DNA of 57,490 bases, the filler included, from Platydemus manokwari (lineage: Eukaryota): the NCBI GenBank assembly GCA_037951405.1. It is 5 parts of 5 records of this genome, joined end to end, with 100 filler letters (N's around TTAATTAATTAA, not from the genome) between each part and the next. Parts side by side here need not be neighbours in the genome. Positions count along the whole stretch, not along the records: positions 24,153 to 33,385 come from JBBMOY011279873.1; positions 33,486 to 42,406 come from JBBMOY011329650.1; 3 more parts are not named here. The stretch is one strand, 5' to 3'. Numbering within the stretch: the stretch's first letter is position 1; each line of letters starts with the position of its first letter. Below the pieces are notes generated by a model, which worked only from the letters and a program-made list of their open reading frames with translations, ran no database searches and had not been told where the DNA came from. A program made the position numbers and the translations under genes. This document shows, one piece after another, positions 25,932 to 40,821 of this stretch.

Positions 25932-26457
25932 TGCGATTCACCTATTGTTGAACTGTCGTATAAATAAATTAAACTTATCAAATTACTTATATAATGCTTA
26001 TGCGCTTAGATTTTGATAATGCATATTAACCAAGATTTTGGACTGAAGTGTAAGAAAGTTATAATAATAATAATGATTTATTTTTTTTTGCCGAACCATT
26101 TAATTTTCTTATTTGATTTAAATTTTTTTTAATTCTTTTAAATATAAACTCATCAGATTTAATATTTTGATCAATATGAATCGTCACTGTTTAAGATAAA
26201 TTTATTTCAATTTTTGCACGGCAATAATTTATTATTTTACAAACTTTTAATCCAAAAAGAATTTAATTTTAATTTTTTAAAACATTTTTATTAATCAATA
26301 AAATGGAGAGAAGACATACATAATTCTTTTGAGTTATACTAATCTGGAGAATAGGATTTCAAAGAAACTAAGAGTGCCCAACAGCCGTAGTGAACAATAT
26401 AATTCAAAAACCCATTTACCTTCCTACCTATTTTGGAATATCTTGTCGTGTTAATTA

Positions 26458-26634
26458 TATAGATCAGGCCGATGCGTCATATACTCTAATTATATATTAT
26501 CATTTTATATAATCATATCATTATCTATTATCATTATTTTTTCTTTATTTCTTTTTATATATTTGATATTCAGTCATTCGCTAGCTTTTATCGCTCACTC
26601 TATAGGATAAAAAATAGACTGGCCTATATCTGTA
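26458..26634. mobile_element. Possible degenerate TA-flanked MITE
   Basis: Left end tatagatcaggccga versus reverse complement of the right end tacagatataggccag; imperfect match. Confidence 0.3.
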
Positions 26635-29249
26635 ATAATTACAAAATAAAAAATTTAAAAAATATAAAAAAATTACAATTAATAATCTTAATAACAGAAT
26701 GAAAAATAACAAAAAGAAAAGAAACTAGATGAAATTGGTGATTTGAGTTTTCAAAATTATTCCAGTTTTTAAATCACATGAAAAATAAAAAAAGATCTTG
26801 AATAAATAAATAAAAATAATGAAAATGGAATGGAAACAATAATGAAACGATAATGAAATGACAATTCCAGATATTTATAAAAATTAATTTTGCAAAAGTA
26901 TTTTCTATTCATTAGAATAAATATTTTTTTATCATATTTAAAACCTTTATTATCATATTTTAAATCCTAACTGAGAAGAACAATTTTTGGTTTTAAAAAT
27001 TTATTAATGATAGAAAAATTAAAATTTTTTTGCTATATGATCAAATCTTCGCATATATTTAGAGTCACTAAGACCAATATTTAAATAATTGCCATTCATC
27101 CCTCTAGAGTCATCGAAGCTTCATAAGAATACATCTTCCTCTAACTGTTGATCCTGCCTTCAGTCAAAGTTTAAATCCATATGATATCCCGTATCACAAA
27201 GCTGTTTCGAACTGAAAAGGCAAAATAGTTTAAAAATAAAATCCCCTGACCGGATTCAAAACTTGAATGTAAAAAGAAGAAAGACAAGAAAGAATATGAA
27301 TAACACTGGGATAAAGCTCTAATAATAAAAAGTCATTCTGAACGCAGACTTGATCATAAAAAGTGGATAAGTACCTTATAAATACTTATTATAATAATAG
27401 TTATACTGGTCATTAGCTTTATGCTTTTAAATAAGGAATTGCAACCACAAAATATAAAAAGCCACTGTAAAACACGACATCTAATCTACCAAGTTAATAA
27501 AATTATAAAAACAATAAAAAATACAATCCTATAAACTATATGTACCATGTTATTTAACTATATCCGAGTCTATGCTTATACTTCTTATATCTCTTAACCA
27601 CATGAAGAAATCCAATATATGCATGTCATTTGGACTGCAGAGAAATCTGTGAGATAGCATTTGTTGAGTCTATTTATTGTAGAGCAAAGCAAATCTTACT
27701 CCAAAAGACAAGTGGATCACCAAGATTTATTATTTATTACAATGAACAATCTCTTTGTGTACAACAATAAAACACAAGGTTCGAGCCCTTAAATTAAAAT
27801 GGACCTACTCCTGGCCTTACTACTACTACTACGACACAAAATAGTCCAAGAGTTCATAAATGCTGTTACGTACGATCAGCATTTTCTAATAATTTACATC
27901 TTACCAATATTCCGAATAGCTATTCTAGATTATCTAATACAACGTCATTCTAACGATACTCTGATTTACTATTCTCAAATATCTCAATCTATTTTTTTAA
28001 CACTGTAATGATGCTTGGGAATTCTGTCCTCGAATATCACAAATTAATTGAAAACAAAAGAAATAACCCGAATTAACTCGCTTTATTGACTTTATTGAAA
28101 TCAATTCCAATATTGACAATCCTAATGGGAATCGTCTACATAATTTTACTAGCCCCACTGTGCAGTAAATTTTCTGCTATTGGCTCTACTATGCCTCGTC
28201 TGTAAATATCAATAATCAATAATTTCCTACTTCGGAAATTATTGACTATTTCTAATGATTTTATTAAAAAAGACAAACTAAACTATTTAAATAATTAATT
28301 TTATTATTTATTTATCATATTATTTTACTTTAATATTTATTTTTATTTGGTGGGCTTTTCGCATATGTGTGCATGACTTTGTGCATGTAGTGTCAGGAAG
28401 AGAGAAAGAAAAGAGAAAAGCCAGATAAACACAAAAAGTTCAAAAATTAAATAGAAGACTATACAGTAGATAGTTAATGGATTTGTTGTTGTTTAAAGTC
28501 CAGTGGATCAGGCAGAATCAGTGAGTCAAAGGGCTTACCAATGACTTGAGAGATAGATGTGAAAAGACTTCTTAAATACTGTAACGATTAAAAATGTGGC
28601 AAAGTCCGATAATGACTATAATTGGAATCTCACTTTCCCAAGGATTTAACATTGACGACATCAAAAATTACGCGATGACTGTTGGTAGAACAGAGCAATT
28701 CACCTACCACACGATATTTCACTCAAATGAGCTCACGATTAAGAAAAAAATATTTTCGGATTCACAGGGCAACTTCATATCAAGCAAAACAATCATTTTC
28801 CTCTTATTGATTATAATGTCAGTACAGAGACTTGTGTCCACTTTAATAGGTCTAATGTCAATGTCAACATTGAATCCATGATTACGCAGAAACTCATGTG
28901 GAATGTCTAGAAGTAGACAGTTGCTGCACAATGCTTCAGAATATGAGCAGTAGTCTATACACATATATTGCAACGGATAGAATTCAAGTCTTTTCCCATT
29001 TTTATCTGGAAGGCTCGATATCTCAATTGCAAATTTATGTTTCAAGCACGCAACACAAATTTCCAAACATTGTCAGAGACAAGCAAATCTTTCATCAAAA
29101 CATTCGATCGAGAGGATTGACAAAACGAAGAAAAAAGACCGCCCTGTGACTTTATAACGGTCTATCATTTTGGATGAATTTTGCTGACCTTAAACAAATT
29201 AAAAACGTTATGTATATTTTTTGAACATTTCTATTTTTACTTATATTTT

Positions 29250-29644
29250 AATCCTGGGCCTCATGTCGTTACAATGATAAAGTTGGATATAGAAGAGCTT
29301 GGCTGGGATGTTCTTCCCATCCTCCTTATTAGCCCGACGTAGCCCAAACAAATTTTCATTTTTTCCGCTTCATGTCGAACCATCTTTCTGGTCTCACATT
29401 TGAAAACGAAGAAGCAATTTGCATTGAAGAATTTTTAGACCAAAAATCACCAAGCCCCTTCAACCGTGGGATTGACAAACGACCAGAATGGTGGAAGGAC
29501 GTGATAGATTGAGATTGAGATATTTGTTTTTTATAATAATTTTAAAAATTCATTTTGTTATCAGGAATTTTTTGCATGGTTTTTATTCTTGATCAGTATG
29601 CATTCATAATTGTAAAAACCGCTCGAACTCATGCACCAACCCAA
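29250..29644 (+). mobile_element. mariner transposon 3' remnant with right TIR
   Basis: PHV...ELGWDVLP/PPY*PDVAQTNFHFFRFMSNHLSG..FENEE..FNRGIDKRPEWWKDVID contains the degraded YSPDLAP motif. It ends in a mariner-type TIR aaaaaccgctcgaactcatgcaccaacccaa followed by TA. Confidence 0.92.
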
Positions 29645-31249
29645 TATTAAAGTTAAATTGCAGGTTGAGTTGGTAAGAGAAAAGAAGTTGCATAAACTGA
29701 TTATTCAAACAGGTTCACGACAGTAAAGATGTGAGAGCAGATTTTATACTTTTCACCTGATTAGAGGGAGAAGAAATTACAGGTTTATGACTTAAATTAC
29801 CACTAATATTTACAAGCGGATCTATTAAGCAAGAAAAAATTCGTATAAAGGAAATAGTATTAATAAGAAATATACATTTTACAATTACAGCCCAAACATG
29901 TTGAGAAGGCGAATAAGACAGGCTCAAAAGACCATGAAGCAGTGAAATCCTAGTTTACTAAAATACTAAAATACAGAAATTAGTACTGATCCTATCTCTA
30001 AGAAATTTAGTATTAACAAAATTTATAAAGACATCTGTACATTTTGAGCAACCACAGATCCTGGTTTACAAAGCATTCTGATTTTATTTAAATGAACCTC
30101 CAGATTTAGATGAATAAGTAGTGAGATATTTAACAGTAGAACGCGCTTGCTTGGGAAAATAGCTATGTATGTGATCAGCTATACGTGCACAGTGATGCAG
30201 TGCAGACGTCATCCTTGCCATAAAAGGCAAAATTCAGCACCACTCCAATGAACAAAGTTTTCCTTGCACACATTCTTGTCAAATATATGATTTTATTGAA
30301 GATCATAGTAAAGCCTCCTTGCACACGCATTTCAGTCTGAACAAGCACACTTTGTTCAATTAGGAGTAGTTTTATAAGAACAAAAATTATGAACTATTTT
30401 CTAATGTGTCTTATGTTTTTCGTTTCGAAGTCTTCGTTGCTACAAGTGCGTTTTGTAGAAGATAATGATAGGTTACTTAGAGCAGTAAGTGTTGTCCTTG
30501 TAGCATTCTACTGTTTCTTAACTTCTGCATTCTTTGTAGTATTCTTCTCAACTGTTAAGATATGGCATTGATGGAAGTCAATTAAATCATATTACCTAAT
30601 GCTATATATAGTCTGTCGAGTAGGTCACATTTTATTTTGCAAATTATGATTAATTTATAGCTTCGATTCCGCGATATTAACAATTTGAGATTTAATAAAG
30701 CTTTTATTTTAATTAACATAAGCAATTTTCGGGGTGGAGCCAGAGTAGGATCATTTGATTTGTTCTCAGTCGATGTAGTCTGAACATTTTGTTTAACTTT
30801 ATCGATTGCCTTAATAGGTCTATAATTTTTCCTCGGTGACTTTGAATATTAGCGGCGGAGCACAATCATAGCTTTCATTGGATGAAATGCGCTTGTTTTT
30901 GACATGCATTTCATCCGCAATTTCAAAGTCAAATTTTTCAGAATTATTAGCGCTCACATTATTAAATTGAGCAGCCAATTCTCCAATACAAAATATATCT
31001 AGATTAGGATGCTGGTACCATAAATCAAAATTAGGTGAAAATCGGTTGGCTGGCAATCCTTTTTTATTTGATATTTTCTATCTCAAGTTCCAACTGCATT
31101 TATTGATTTTCGATAATAGGGATTTATATAAAGGATTATATTATGTTCTGTTTAACGAAAGTAAAGATGATTTATATTTTTCTCCAGAAGGTTATAAACA
31201 ACTAATTATTGATTATATTAGCAATTATGTCTTCGGAATCTAATAAAAG

Positions 31250-31590
31250 ATTTGGTGTAAATGAAATAGATCAAGTTAAATCTATAATTAGAACAGGAGG
31301 ATTTCAATAGATTCCAATCTAAATTTTTAGCAGATAATAATGTAAAAGTAGATCATACAGTACTCTTTATATGATGCCGTGTAACTTTTTATATAATAAA
31401 TAAAGACTTAAAATCTTTTAAATTTAGTTTAGAAGCAATTCCTTAATTAATATTGCAAATTATGATGAGCACGGTTTTTAGTATTCTATATTAGTTCCTT
31501 TATATCCTATTGATGGTAAGAGAAATCCAAATAGACCAAGTCATTAGACAGAACATTTTAATGAATTAATTCTAGAAGGAATAACATAAT
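31250..31590 (+). mobile_element. Polinton/adintovirus-type protein-primed PolB N-terminal region remnant
   Basis: 31443-31587 reads LINIANYDEHGF*YSILVPLYPIDGKRNPNRPSH*TEHFNELILEGIT, resembling the motif INIxNxDxxCFxWSILAxLxP...NPxRxSxYxxxxNELNxxGIxFP. Confidence 0.65.
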
Positions 31591-33385
31591 TTGATTTTTT
31601 TAATTTTATTTTTAATTATTTAATTTTGTTATTACCAATTATCTGAATAAAATTGAAGTTATTCTCCGTGTATTCATTTTCATCTTTGTATTCTACTATT
31701 ATATATCTCGGTTTATTTTACATTAAAGATCCTTGCCAGTTATATATTGATCCATTTGGAATATTTATAAAATTTGATCATCTGTTTAAATAATTTAACA
31801 TAACAGATTTATTGGTATTTTAAACTTTCTAATAAACTTAATTCGCTCTATGGATTTAAAGTTAATTCTGGCATATAAAATTTCAATTATTTAATGGTCA
31901 ATTTTCCTTCTCCTTTTGTCCAGTAAAATATTATCTTATCAAATATATTTATATTTAAAGTTAACCTAATCATCATTAGATATAACAATCCATTATAACT
32001 TTTTAAAAATTCAAATAAATGTTTTAAAGGAAATAAATCTGTGAATTTTTAAATTAAATAAAGCTTTCCTTCTTTTACAACCTTTATTGTCTTTATTTGG
32101 AGCTTCTTTAATTGTATCAGTTTTGCAACCCATTAATTTTCCGATTTCTTCATTTACTTTATCTAAAAAAATAAAATTCAGTAAACCAGTTATTTCTCCA
32201 AAACTTTTAATTTCATGAGTTCTAATTGCCAATCTCATAAAGTTAAATAAATTTTGGAAATAAATTGTTTTCTAAAGTTATATTATGATCAATATTATTT
32301 ATTATTCCTTGCCTATATTCGTCTCTACCAGTTATCATACTCGTAAGCAATCTATCACTTAACATTCATCATTGTGTTGTCTCAGGGTAATCTTATCTTC
32401 CAGTTTACAAAGACTAAGATAAAGAATAAAATAATTATTGTCATGCATAAGTATCAAAATTCAAAATAAGCGAATATTAAATATTGTCAAAAATCAAATC
32501 ACGGCAAAAATCAAATGTTATTGTTTTATTATTGATATGGAATTTGTATAATGTATTGAAGTTGAAGATGATCAATTTGGGATTTATGGAATGGATATAT
32601 GTTTGACGATGAGGACGATTTGAAGATTGATTTGCAGGTTGGTTTGCGAGTTGATCAATGTTCGTTTGAGTATTTGAATATATTTGTCGATGATGAAGAC
32701 GATGAAGGTTTATCCTCAACATCATTACATGAACGCTACCGAATTTTCAGAGAAATGTCAGAGTAGGTCAGAAAAGCATTATAAAAACTCCAAACTCCTC
32801 TATACCTACATTTTACAATTGGTAAAGTGCCTTGTCGGTCATTATTTAGAAACTGAATCGAAATTTATATCACCAAATTTGATTATATAACCCCAACAAT
32901 GTTTCTTAAAATGATAAGAACATTTACTTAATTCATATCTGTAATAATCCAAAAATGTCTTCTAATTTTTAAATTATAAATAAATCAGTTCTTTCGACGT
33001 AAAAATATCTGTCTAAATTCAACAATTCAGGAATATAACAGAAAGATATTTGAGCATTGTTTAATTTCACTAATTGTTGGACATTATCATAGTTAAGATA
33101 ATATTTATAATCTCAAGTATTATCAATATTTATTGACAATATTTATTATCAATATTTTATAAATTAATTTAGAATATTATTTTGTGAAAATAATTCTTAT
33201 AAAAATTTTTAAATAAGAGCTACTGTAAATTTATGACCATTTATTCTTTTGATAAAGATTACTTCCAACTTCTAATTATAATGATTAATTAATTAATTTA
33301 AAAGTTACCAATGGTTTCACGATTTTTATCATTTTTTAATTTTATTCTGTGAAAATATCCTAAATGTAAAATAATTAAACAATTC

Positions 33386-33485
33386 NNNNNNNNNNNNNNN
33401 NNNNNNNNNNNNNNNNNNNNNNNNNNNNNTTAATTAATTAANNNNNNNNNNNNNNNNNNNNNNNNNNNNNNNNNNNNNNNNNNNN
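33386..33485. other. Assembly gap with artificial linker
   Basis: N44-TTAATTAATTAA-N44. Confidence 0.97.
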
Positions 33486-33823
33486 TGAAAGATATAAATC
33501 TTGAATGGGAATGTCATATAGAGCAGTAAATTACATGGGGTGAAAATGAAAATTAAGTAGTTATGATTTAATTGAATGGAAAAAATACATATTTGCTTTG
33601 TAGGGTGATAATACTTAATCTATTTTGGGGTTTCCTATAGATGGTGACAGTACATAATTTGACTAGGTTATGAATTAATAATATGTTGGATTATTTTAAG
33701 TAATATGACCAATAAAATGCAAAATATTTGGTTTCGCTATTGGATTATATTAAAATTTTACTTAAATTTGAGTCACTTACTCTAGAAGGCATCATCTGAA
33801 TAAAGAACATTAAAATAATAGTA

Positions 33824-34010
33824 CAGTCAAACCTGTTTTTGTGCTGTAGATAGGGACCGCAGAAAAAGAACCGCACAAAAAAATATTCAAAAACTTCATA
33901 AATAGATATAAGAAATAATTTTTCAAAGCATAGTAAAGAATTTTTTTTATGCGGTAGAGGCACAAAAAAAAAGCGCATAAAAAAAGACCGCACAAAAACA
34001 GGTTTGACTC
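33824..34010. mobile_element. pogo/Tigger-type MITE (187 bp)
   Basis: TIRs cagtcaaacctgtttttgtgc and gcacaaaaacaggtttgactc match at 20 of 21 positions. TA flanks both sides. Internal ccgca-A-rich subrepeats. Confidence 0.88.
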
Positions 34011-35439
34011 TAATAATAATAATGACAAAATCAATTCAAACACTATATTGAAATGAACAGGAATAAACAACAAATTTTAATTCAACCCAATTGACATTTT
34101 TAAATAACTAATATTTCTCATTATATTTAATAAGTATGATAAAAATCAACAAAATAAAAACAGTGGGGGATAATAAATTTTTAGATATATTTGTCGAAAG
34201 TGATTCAACAGGTGCCATGATGTCTGGAATGTATCTGATATTAATAAAAATAACAATTGTCAGAAATAATAGATGGATAGTGGTACTTCTTCTTTGAAAC
34301 GAATATCTTTTGTTCTCTAATTAATAATTTCGAAATCCATGAGCCCCTTTGAATGGCAATAATGTTTGAGTCATTTGTTATACAGACGGGTTATTCATAG
34401 CTTTGCTTAATTATCATCAACATAATTTTTTTGTTTTATATCAAATAGTTCCTTTGTTATTGGGATTAGAGTCCAAATCATATTATTCATTCAATTTTGC
34501 TTGCTTTGTTCTCTCTACATTGCTTCATTGATTGACATAATGTTTGTTTTATCAGATTGAATCGATAGCTAATAAATATTTCGACTAATTATTTACTTTA
34601 TTTTCGGGTCTTTGACAATTTGTCTGAAATGAATTTTTGTTTTTTTCATTTTGTATTTTTAAATTTAATTTTTATATTTATATTGCTTTATACGTGGGCT
34701 TATAGTCATTGGTTTTGGGAATATCAGTTTGTATTTTATGGAATTATTTTATTTTATATTTTAGGTTTATTTTTGTCGATACCGAACACATCACATATCC
34801 GATTCCAACATCACTGCAATATATTTTTTACCAGCTAGGTAAGTTCAATTATATTTCTTATTGAAAATTTAGTCTGTTTAAATTTGAGGATTCAATGGAA
34901 AAATTCATTTATACGATTTTCGTAACTTATTTATTAATGTTAACAAATCAAACATTTTAAAACAAATTTTCAGAGAGCTTATATTGCTAATCTTAACCAC
35001 ACACGCACACACACATTACTCGATGTTAATTTTTTTAATAATTTAATAAAATTTCAAAATTTTTTTTTAATTTTTGAAATTATCATTAAATAATTAAAAT
35101 TATTTAATTAAATTTTTTAATTAAATTATTATTGAATTTGTTGGTTTAAATTTTCCAACCTTGAATGATTATCTATTATTGGTCTTTTGTGATATTTAAT
35201 TGTGTTTGGTGATGAGCCGAGTTTGCAATTCATCGTGATTTAAATTAAAATTTTCAGTATTGAGCATCAGTTGACAATCGAACATTTGTTTTAACATTTT
35301 TCAGAATTTACTGTGTATATTCAAAAGATTTTTGTCAATTGGAATTTACAAGATGAACTGATTAGGGAATTTCATTATAGGAACAGTCATATTGGGATAT
35401 TTGTCGGTGGGAATCAGCTGTGTCTAACCATGGGAAATT

Positions 35440-35575
35440 TGTTAATGAGAGTTTACAGGTGACTGAATAGCGATACAATACCTATTTGTTCCAAGCCCAA
35501 ATTCACACCTCAGTCCTACTTAAATAGATTACCTGAGGAACTCTTTGTTTTGGTTGACCAGAGAATCTTCAAGCA
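35440..35575 (+). mobile_element. Short gypsy pol fragment (pre-RT region)
   Basis: LNSDTIPICSKPKFTPQSYLNRLPEELFVLVDQRIFK resembles LKxDAxPxxxKPRxxPxxxxxxVxxELxxLVxQGII. Confidence 0.4.
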
Positions 35576-36189
35576 AAAATACTTTCTAAACTGTTATTAT
35601 TAATTTTTTGTATGCGATTATTTCTTCTATATTTGATAACCATTTTATTTTGGATTTATATATCAGTAAATCTGTCGATTTTCTAAATTATCAAGTTTTG
35701 ATTTTTGTTTATATTTTCTGATAAGTCAATTTTCTTAAGTAATTCTAATTTATTCTGATTTTAAATTGTATTATTAACGTGACTAATATTCAGGACAATG
35801 TTTTATTTGTTTATCAGATATGCCATAAGTCCGTATTGTATTGATATGGAATGCAAAACCATACTTTAATCTTCTCTAAAATCGATACTCATATTCTTGT
35901 AGTTAGAATTCTCTAAAATACTCGGAGAAACCTTCTAATAATAGGAGTTCTTTGCAAATTATATCAATATCAATGTTGTGCTTTGCAGTTTTCTCAGCAA
36001 AATTGCTCGATAAAATGGTTTTTTCTGTATCGGATGACATGTTTTATCAGAATATATGATGATTGTTTCAAAAAAGATATTTATAATTACTTAAAATCTT
36101 TTGTCATTAAAACTGTACTAATACTTTCCAATTATATGTATTATTTGAAGTTATTTATGAAAAAATAATTAAAAAATTCTATAATATTT

Positions 36190-39100
36190 TAATAATAAAC
36201 AAGCAAAAACAATTTTAAAAAATTACAATATATTTTAGAATTACAAGAATTTAAACTAATTTTCTCGTATAGTTCCAGAGAAGTTTCATCTTTTAAGTTT
36301 GATTTGAAGAAAATATCTTTGATAAAGGTATATTCAAAATTGTAAAGCTTACCAAAAGGATGTCTTAATAAATTAAGTACATTAGGTGGAAAATGAAGAA
36401 AGATTTTTATTTTGTACTTTGACATTTCAAGAGGAACGAAGTGCGAAATGCATAAAAGACTACCAATAGGTTTAGCAGAAACATTAATAAAAGCAGATAC
36501 AATTTTTAGCATAAAGCAGATGATTTGTAACATTATACCATCATCATCTAATGGGCAATATTGATCGGAACACCAGTATTAGAGGAAAACTAAAAAAATT
36601 AATTTGTGGAAATGTTACTTCATAAATTTAAATAATTATTTTAACGGAAATGAGCATCCGAAGTTTATAGCGACATTCTAATTACTCACGGGCATTGATA
36701 GATATTCAACAAATTGATAGGGGTAAATGCTCATTGAGAAACAAGTGTCTAGTATGTGGACAAAGATGCCATATTTTCTGTGATTGTCACTTGCCGTGTG
36801 GCCAAATCCAAGGCCAGGATAGCAAATTTATGAATTTATGACGATTATGATTAACACAATCCACGAGGTAGATAATTAAAAGGCCAGTACCAATACGTTA
36901 CTTACATTTTGTCAATGAATGAAGATCAATAAGAAGTGATGATAGCAATAATTGAAATTTGATTTGATCCATTGGAGGAATGAGCTTATAGAATGAGGCA
37001 TGATGTCAGTTAATAATGATGAAATGTGGTCTGAGGTGCTTCCATTAACCTAATTAATGAAGGGTGTTGGAAGAAAATTCGAAGTCCAAGTTTGAAATCA
37101 AGCGGAATGATGCTGAGTTGAGAACTCTACAAACGAAAAAGAGGTTGCTTCAAAAGAACATGATCTTTGAAAAAACAAGGAAAGAATCTTTGACATTATC
37201 ATTGTAAGAAGTATTTTTTCTTCATTTATCTGAGACACGTATATCATAAATTCATTCGAAATTCGACTAACAGAGAACAACACAATCTATTCATGAAAGC
37301 AGAGTTTTTGGATGATGATCAAATTAGATTTGTAATTTGAGTATATCAGTTGGACAAAGGTAGTAGGTAGGAAAATTAATAAAGCAATACGTTTGAATCT
37401 TCATGATGTAAAAATTTGATTGAGAAAAACGGCGTTTATGTCACAAGATACAAACGACTGGAAATATCTCGAAACTCGATGCATTTTGAGAAGAAAATTA
37501 AAGAATTACTTTCGGATTTGCGTGGATAGTAATTATTAAGTTATTTAAGAACTCGTGTAACTCACCGCTAGTTTGCACTTGTAAGAATTTTTGTAAGTTA
37601 AATGGAATCACCAAAATATTTATTTTTCCAATGATTGATATTCACTTTTATTCTACTAAACTCGGAAACACGTACTACCAAGTTGAGCTTGTCGAAAACT
37701 CACAGAATGTTACAGCTTTTAGCACAAAGACTTCTATTTTAGTTGGATATAGCTCCAGTAGTGTTTTAAAAATTAATGCATCCTCTACTAAATGATTTTT
37801 TATTAAAAGCTGTTGTTGTCCACCTCGATGAAACATTTATATATAGCAAAGTAAAGGAATAACACATATCTGTTTGAGCGCATTGAAGATAAATCCAGAT
37901 AAATGTTTTTTCGTCAGTGACTTAGTAAGCAAATATTGAATGAAAATAGCACTGATAAAATTATTCAAATCACAAATGCTCAAAAAACACAAAGCACATC
38001 AAAGTTAAGATTATTTTATGGTCTAAGATGATATTAGAGAAATTTTATCAAGGACTATGCAAAGATAGCATCACCTCTGTATGCTTAGATACTTGGAAAT
38101 AATAAAGCTTTACAATGGATCCAAAAAGGTTTTATGAAATAGGAGACAACTGAGACAGCATTCTCGAGAAACGAAACATGTTTCATTGATTCAGACGCAA
38201 GTTTTTGAGCACTTGATGTATTGATAAGTCAGATTACAGTAAAGTAATCATAGTTTATGGATCGCGGTGATTGACGAGCCACGAAAAGGATTACTTTGTA
38301 ACATGGAAAGAAATTTCAGCCATTTAGGATTATGTTATGCATTCCAAACAATATTTGTATGGGAAGAAAATTTTTTACGTGCGTTCATCGAATCTTCCCC
38401 ACGGGTCATCAAGTTTATATATGAATTGCCATGCTACTTACGAAGAAAAAGATATTCTCATATACAAGATAATTTCAATTGCGCTTTCATATTTGTAACT
38501 ATAAAGAAAGTTCTAAAAAAATGTGAGTTGTGAAAAAATAAAGTGATCAAAGCAGAACAAAAAGTACTTCTATCGTGACACAGTTCAGAATTTCTAGAAA
38601 AATTGTACCTGATATTTCTCACATGAACAAAGTTTAAAATAACAAAAGATACATAATTTTTATCATAGACGGATTTATAAGGCTTGTAACCTTAACTGCT
38701 TTTATTTGAAAGGATGAAAATACCATTTTTCATAAAATCCTCAATTCTAGGATTTATCGTTTTGAAAAACTAAAAACATTTTGTCAGATAGAGATAAAGA
38801 GCTTGCAGACCAATTTATAATAAAAAGAATGTGCTATGTTTGATACTCACCAGGAATTTATCAATACCAATCAAACGAATTGGCAAAATTAGTCATTCGC
38901 ACATTAACAGAAGTGATAGTGATGTGAAAAGGGATATGCAATGAGTGAAATTGAATATTATATCATCTCTTCTCCACATGATTTTCGATAATTCTATTCT
39001 TTTGAAATCGATTTTAGACAGATAGTTTGTCTCCACTTTAAAAGAGACTACAAAGACTTACCGAAGGACATCTTGAGGATAATGGTGCGCACAAAATATT

Positions 39101-39350
39101 GATGGACGGCTTATAAGATGTATGCTATGGATATCAAAAAGAGGACATCTAGAATTCAAAGTTGGCGATAAATTGGTTATCAGTACGAATGCTTGTACAA
39201 AATTTAAGATTTTAAGTAATAACGTCAAGTGGAGATTCAATTTCCAAATATAATCAAGCTCAGATAGATCGAATGGGTAAAGAAGTGGTTTTAAACTAAA
39301 GTGGAAGAGAGTCACTGTATTGCTAGATAGACCAATATTAATCATGAAGA
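36190..39350 (+). mobile_element. Decayed Ty3/gypsy LTR retrotransposon internal region (gag-RT-RNase H-integrase)
   Basis: Zinc knuckle CLVCGQRCHIFCDC (~36746); RT FRICVD, TAFST, AVVVHLDETFIYSK, LKINPDKCFF and RNFIKDYAKIASPL; RNase H FIDSDASF; integrase YIIFIIDGFIR, LSDRDKE, QSNELAKLVIRTL and FKVGDK. Domain order is gypsy-type. Boundaries approximate. Confidence 0.92.
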
Positions 39351-40449
39351 AAATTAAAAATTGATAAATAATACAGTAAAAACCACTATAAATACAAACA
39401 CCTCAGTGAGAGTGGACAACAAAAATTTCTAAAAATTTAATTTAGCTAAATCTGAAATTTTTAGAGAATAATTTTTTCATTCAAATGTGATATATTTGTA
39501 ACGAGTTTTTGATCGAGATTAGAATCTACCTTTATAGAATATTTGCGTGTTGGTGGACAAATATTCTTAGAGATTTTAGAGAATTGTGACAACCGAAATC
39601 TGATTATCATTAGAGATAAAAAATATATATTTATAGTTTTGAAGATACTCTTCCGCACAGTAATTGTAGTATTGTATTTTAAAATCTGACAAGAGACAGA
39701 TAGGAATAAAAGAAATCCGTTTATGTAATAATTTAAAGATCAATTCATCAAGTAATCCAAAATCCAGGATTGCTATGTTGTGGCTAAAAAATCATGCGGA
39801 ACCCGGTGGGATTTTAATGCGTTGACAGGCAATAAATTTTGACGCACTATTGCTGTCAGGATAAAATCGATCGGAGAATATTAATTATATCATAATTAGT
39901 TATAATTAGTATATAAAGTATAAATAGTTGAAAAATATTATATAAAATTACAAAATTTTGTTTATATTCACTTCACTGTAAGTATGTTCGTAATATTTCA
40001 TTTTACGTTATGTTTCCACGTTTTACAGTGCGAAAGTGCGTACGCACTAGGCTACCCCTTTTAAATAGATTTTATGTTTTAAATTATTTGTTTTAATCAG
40101 ATTAACATTATTATTTCATTTTGTTTTAACTCTGTATTCATTTAGCTATAAACAGCTTAAATAAAATAAGAAAAGAAAAATTTTCTCACAATTTTGGTCG
40201 ATTTAAAGCTCAGTAAATTTTCTTCATTTAATCTGAATAATTAACTATTTTCATAGGTATGTGGTTTTTCTTTAAATTCATTATTTTGATGTTTTCGTTA
40301 TGGTTTCTTGATTAGTGAATGAGAACACCAGAATTATTCCTTGCAGGATTGATAATTAATGTATGATTAATATCTAATTCAACTCCAATTTTTTACTGAA
40401 TCATTATAACCATTATTTTTATCCTTCTTAACTTATTCACAAGGAGATT

Positions 40450-40815
40450 AGTTGTGAAATATTGATAAGACCCGCTTCACAAAGTCTAAACAGAATTTGT
40501 TGGATAATTAGCCAATCTTTATTACTCTTTAGGTCACAGCACTACTGCTTTTAAAATTACTCATGGTACATTTGTTAATTATTATTATTATATAAGTATT
40601 ATGTTGTTTGTTGTTATTTATTTATATTAGCCCCAAGCACCTAGTTATCTGTTAGTTGTAAGATCCTTGGTGGAACATCAATTATCAGCTTCTAACTTAT
40701 TAGCGATTTGAATCATTGGAGAATATCTAGTTGATATTGGATTGAATTACATCACGTGATTATATTACATCAAATTTTTAGTTTCGAAAAGATTCTGGAT
40801 TATAGAAATAATTAT
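40450..40815. repeat. Dispersed repeat, copy 2 (homologous to about 4470-4910)
   Basis: Same colinear blocks as copy 1. Minus-strand QILFRLCEAGL hints at a retroelement origin. Confidence 0.65.
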
Positions 40816-40821
40816 AGAACG

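Noticed and set aside
27300-28010. Second Penelope-like RT remnant
   Set aside because: Only faint resemblance (LQPQNIKSH, NNLFVYNNK); no recognisable catalytic motif.
28594-29149. Cluster of overlapping 83-115 aa ORFs as a gene
   Set aside because: No recognisable domain or coherent splice model; probably repeat-derived.
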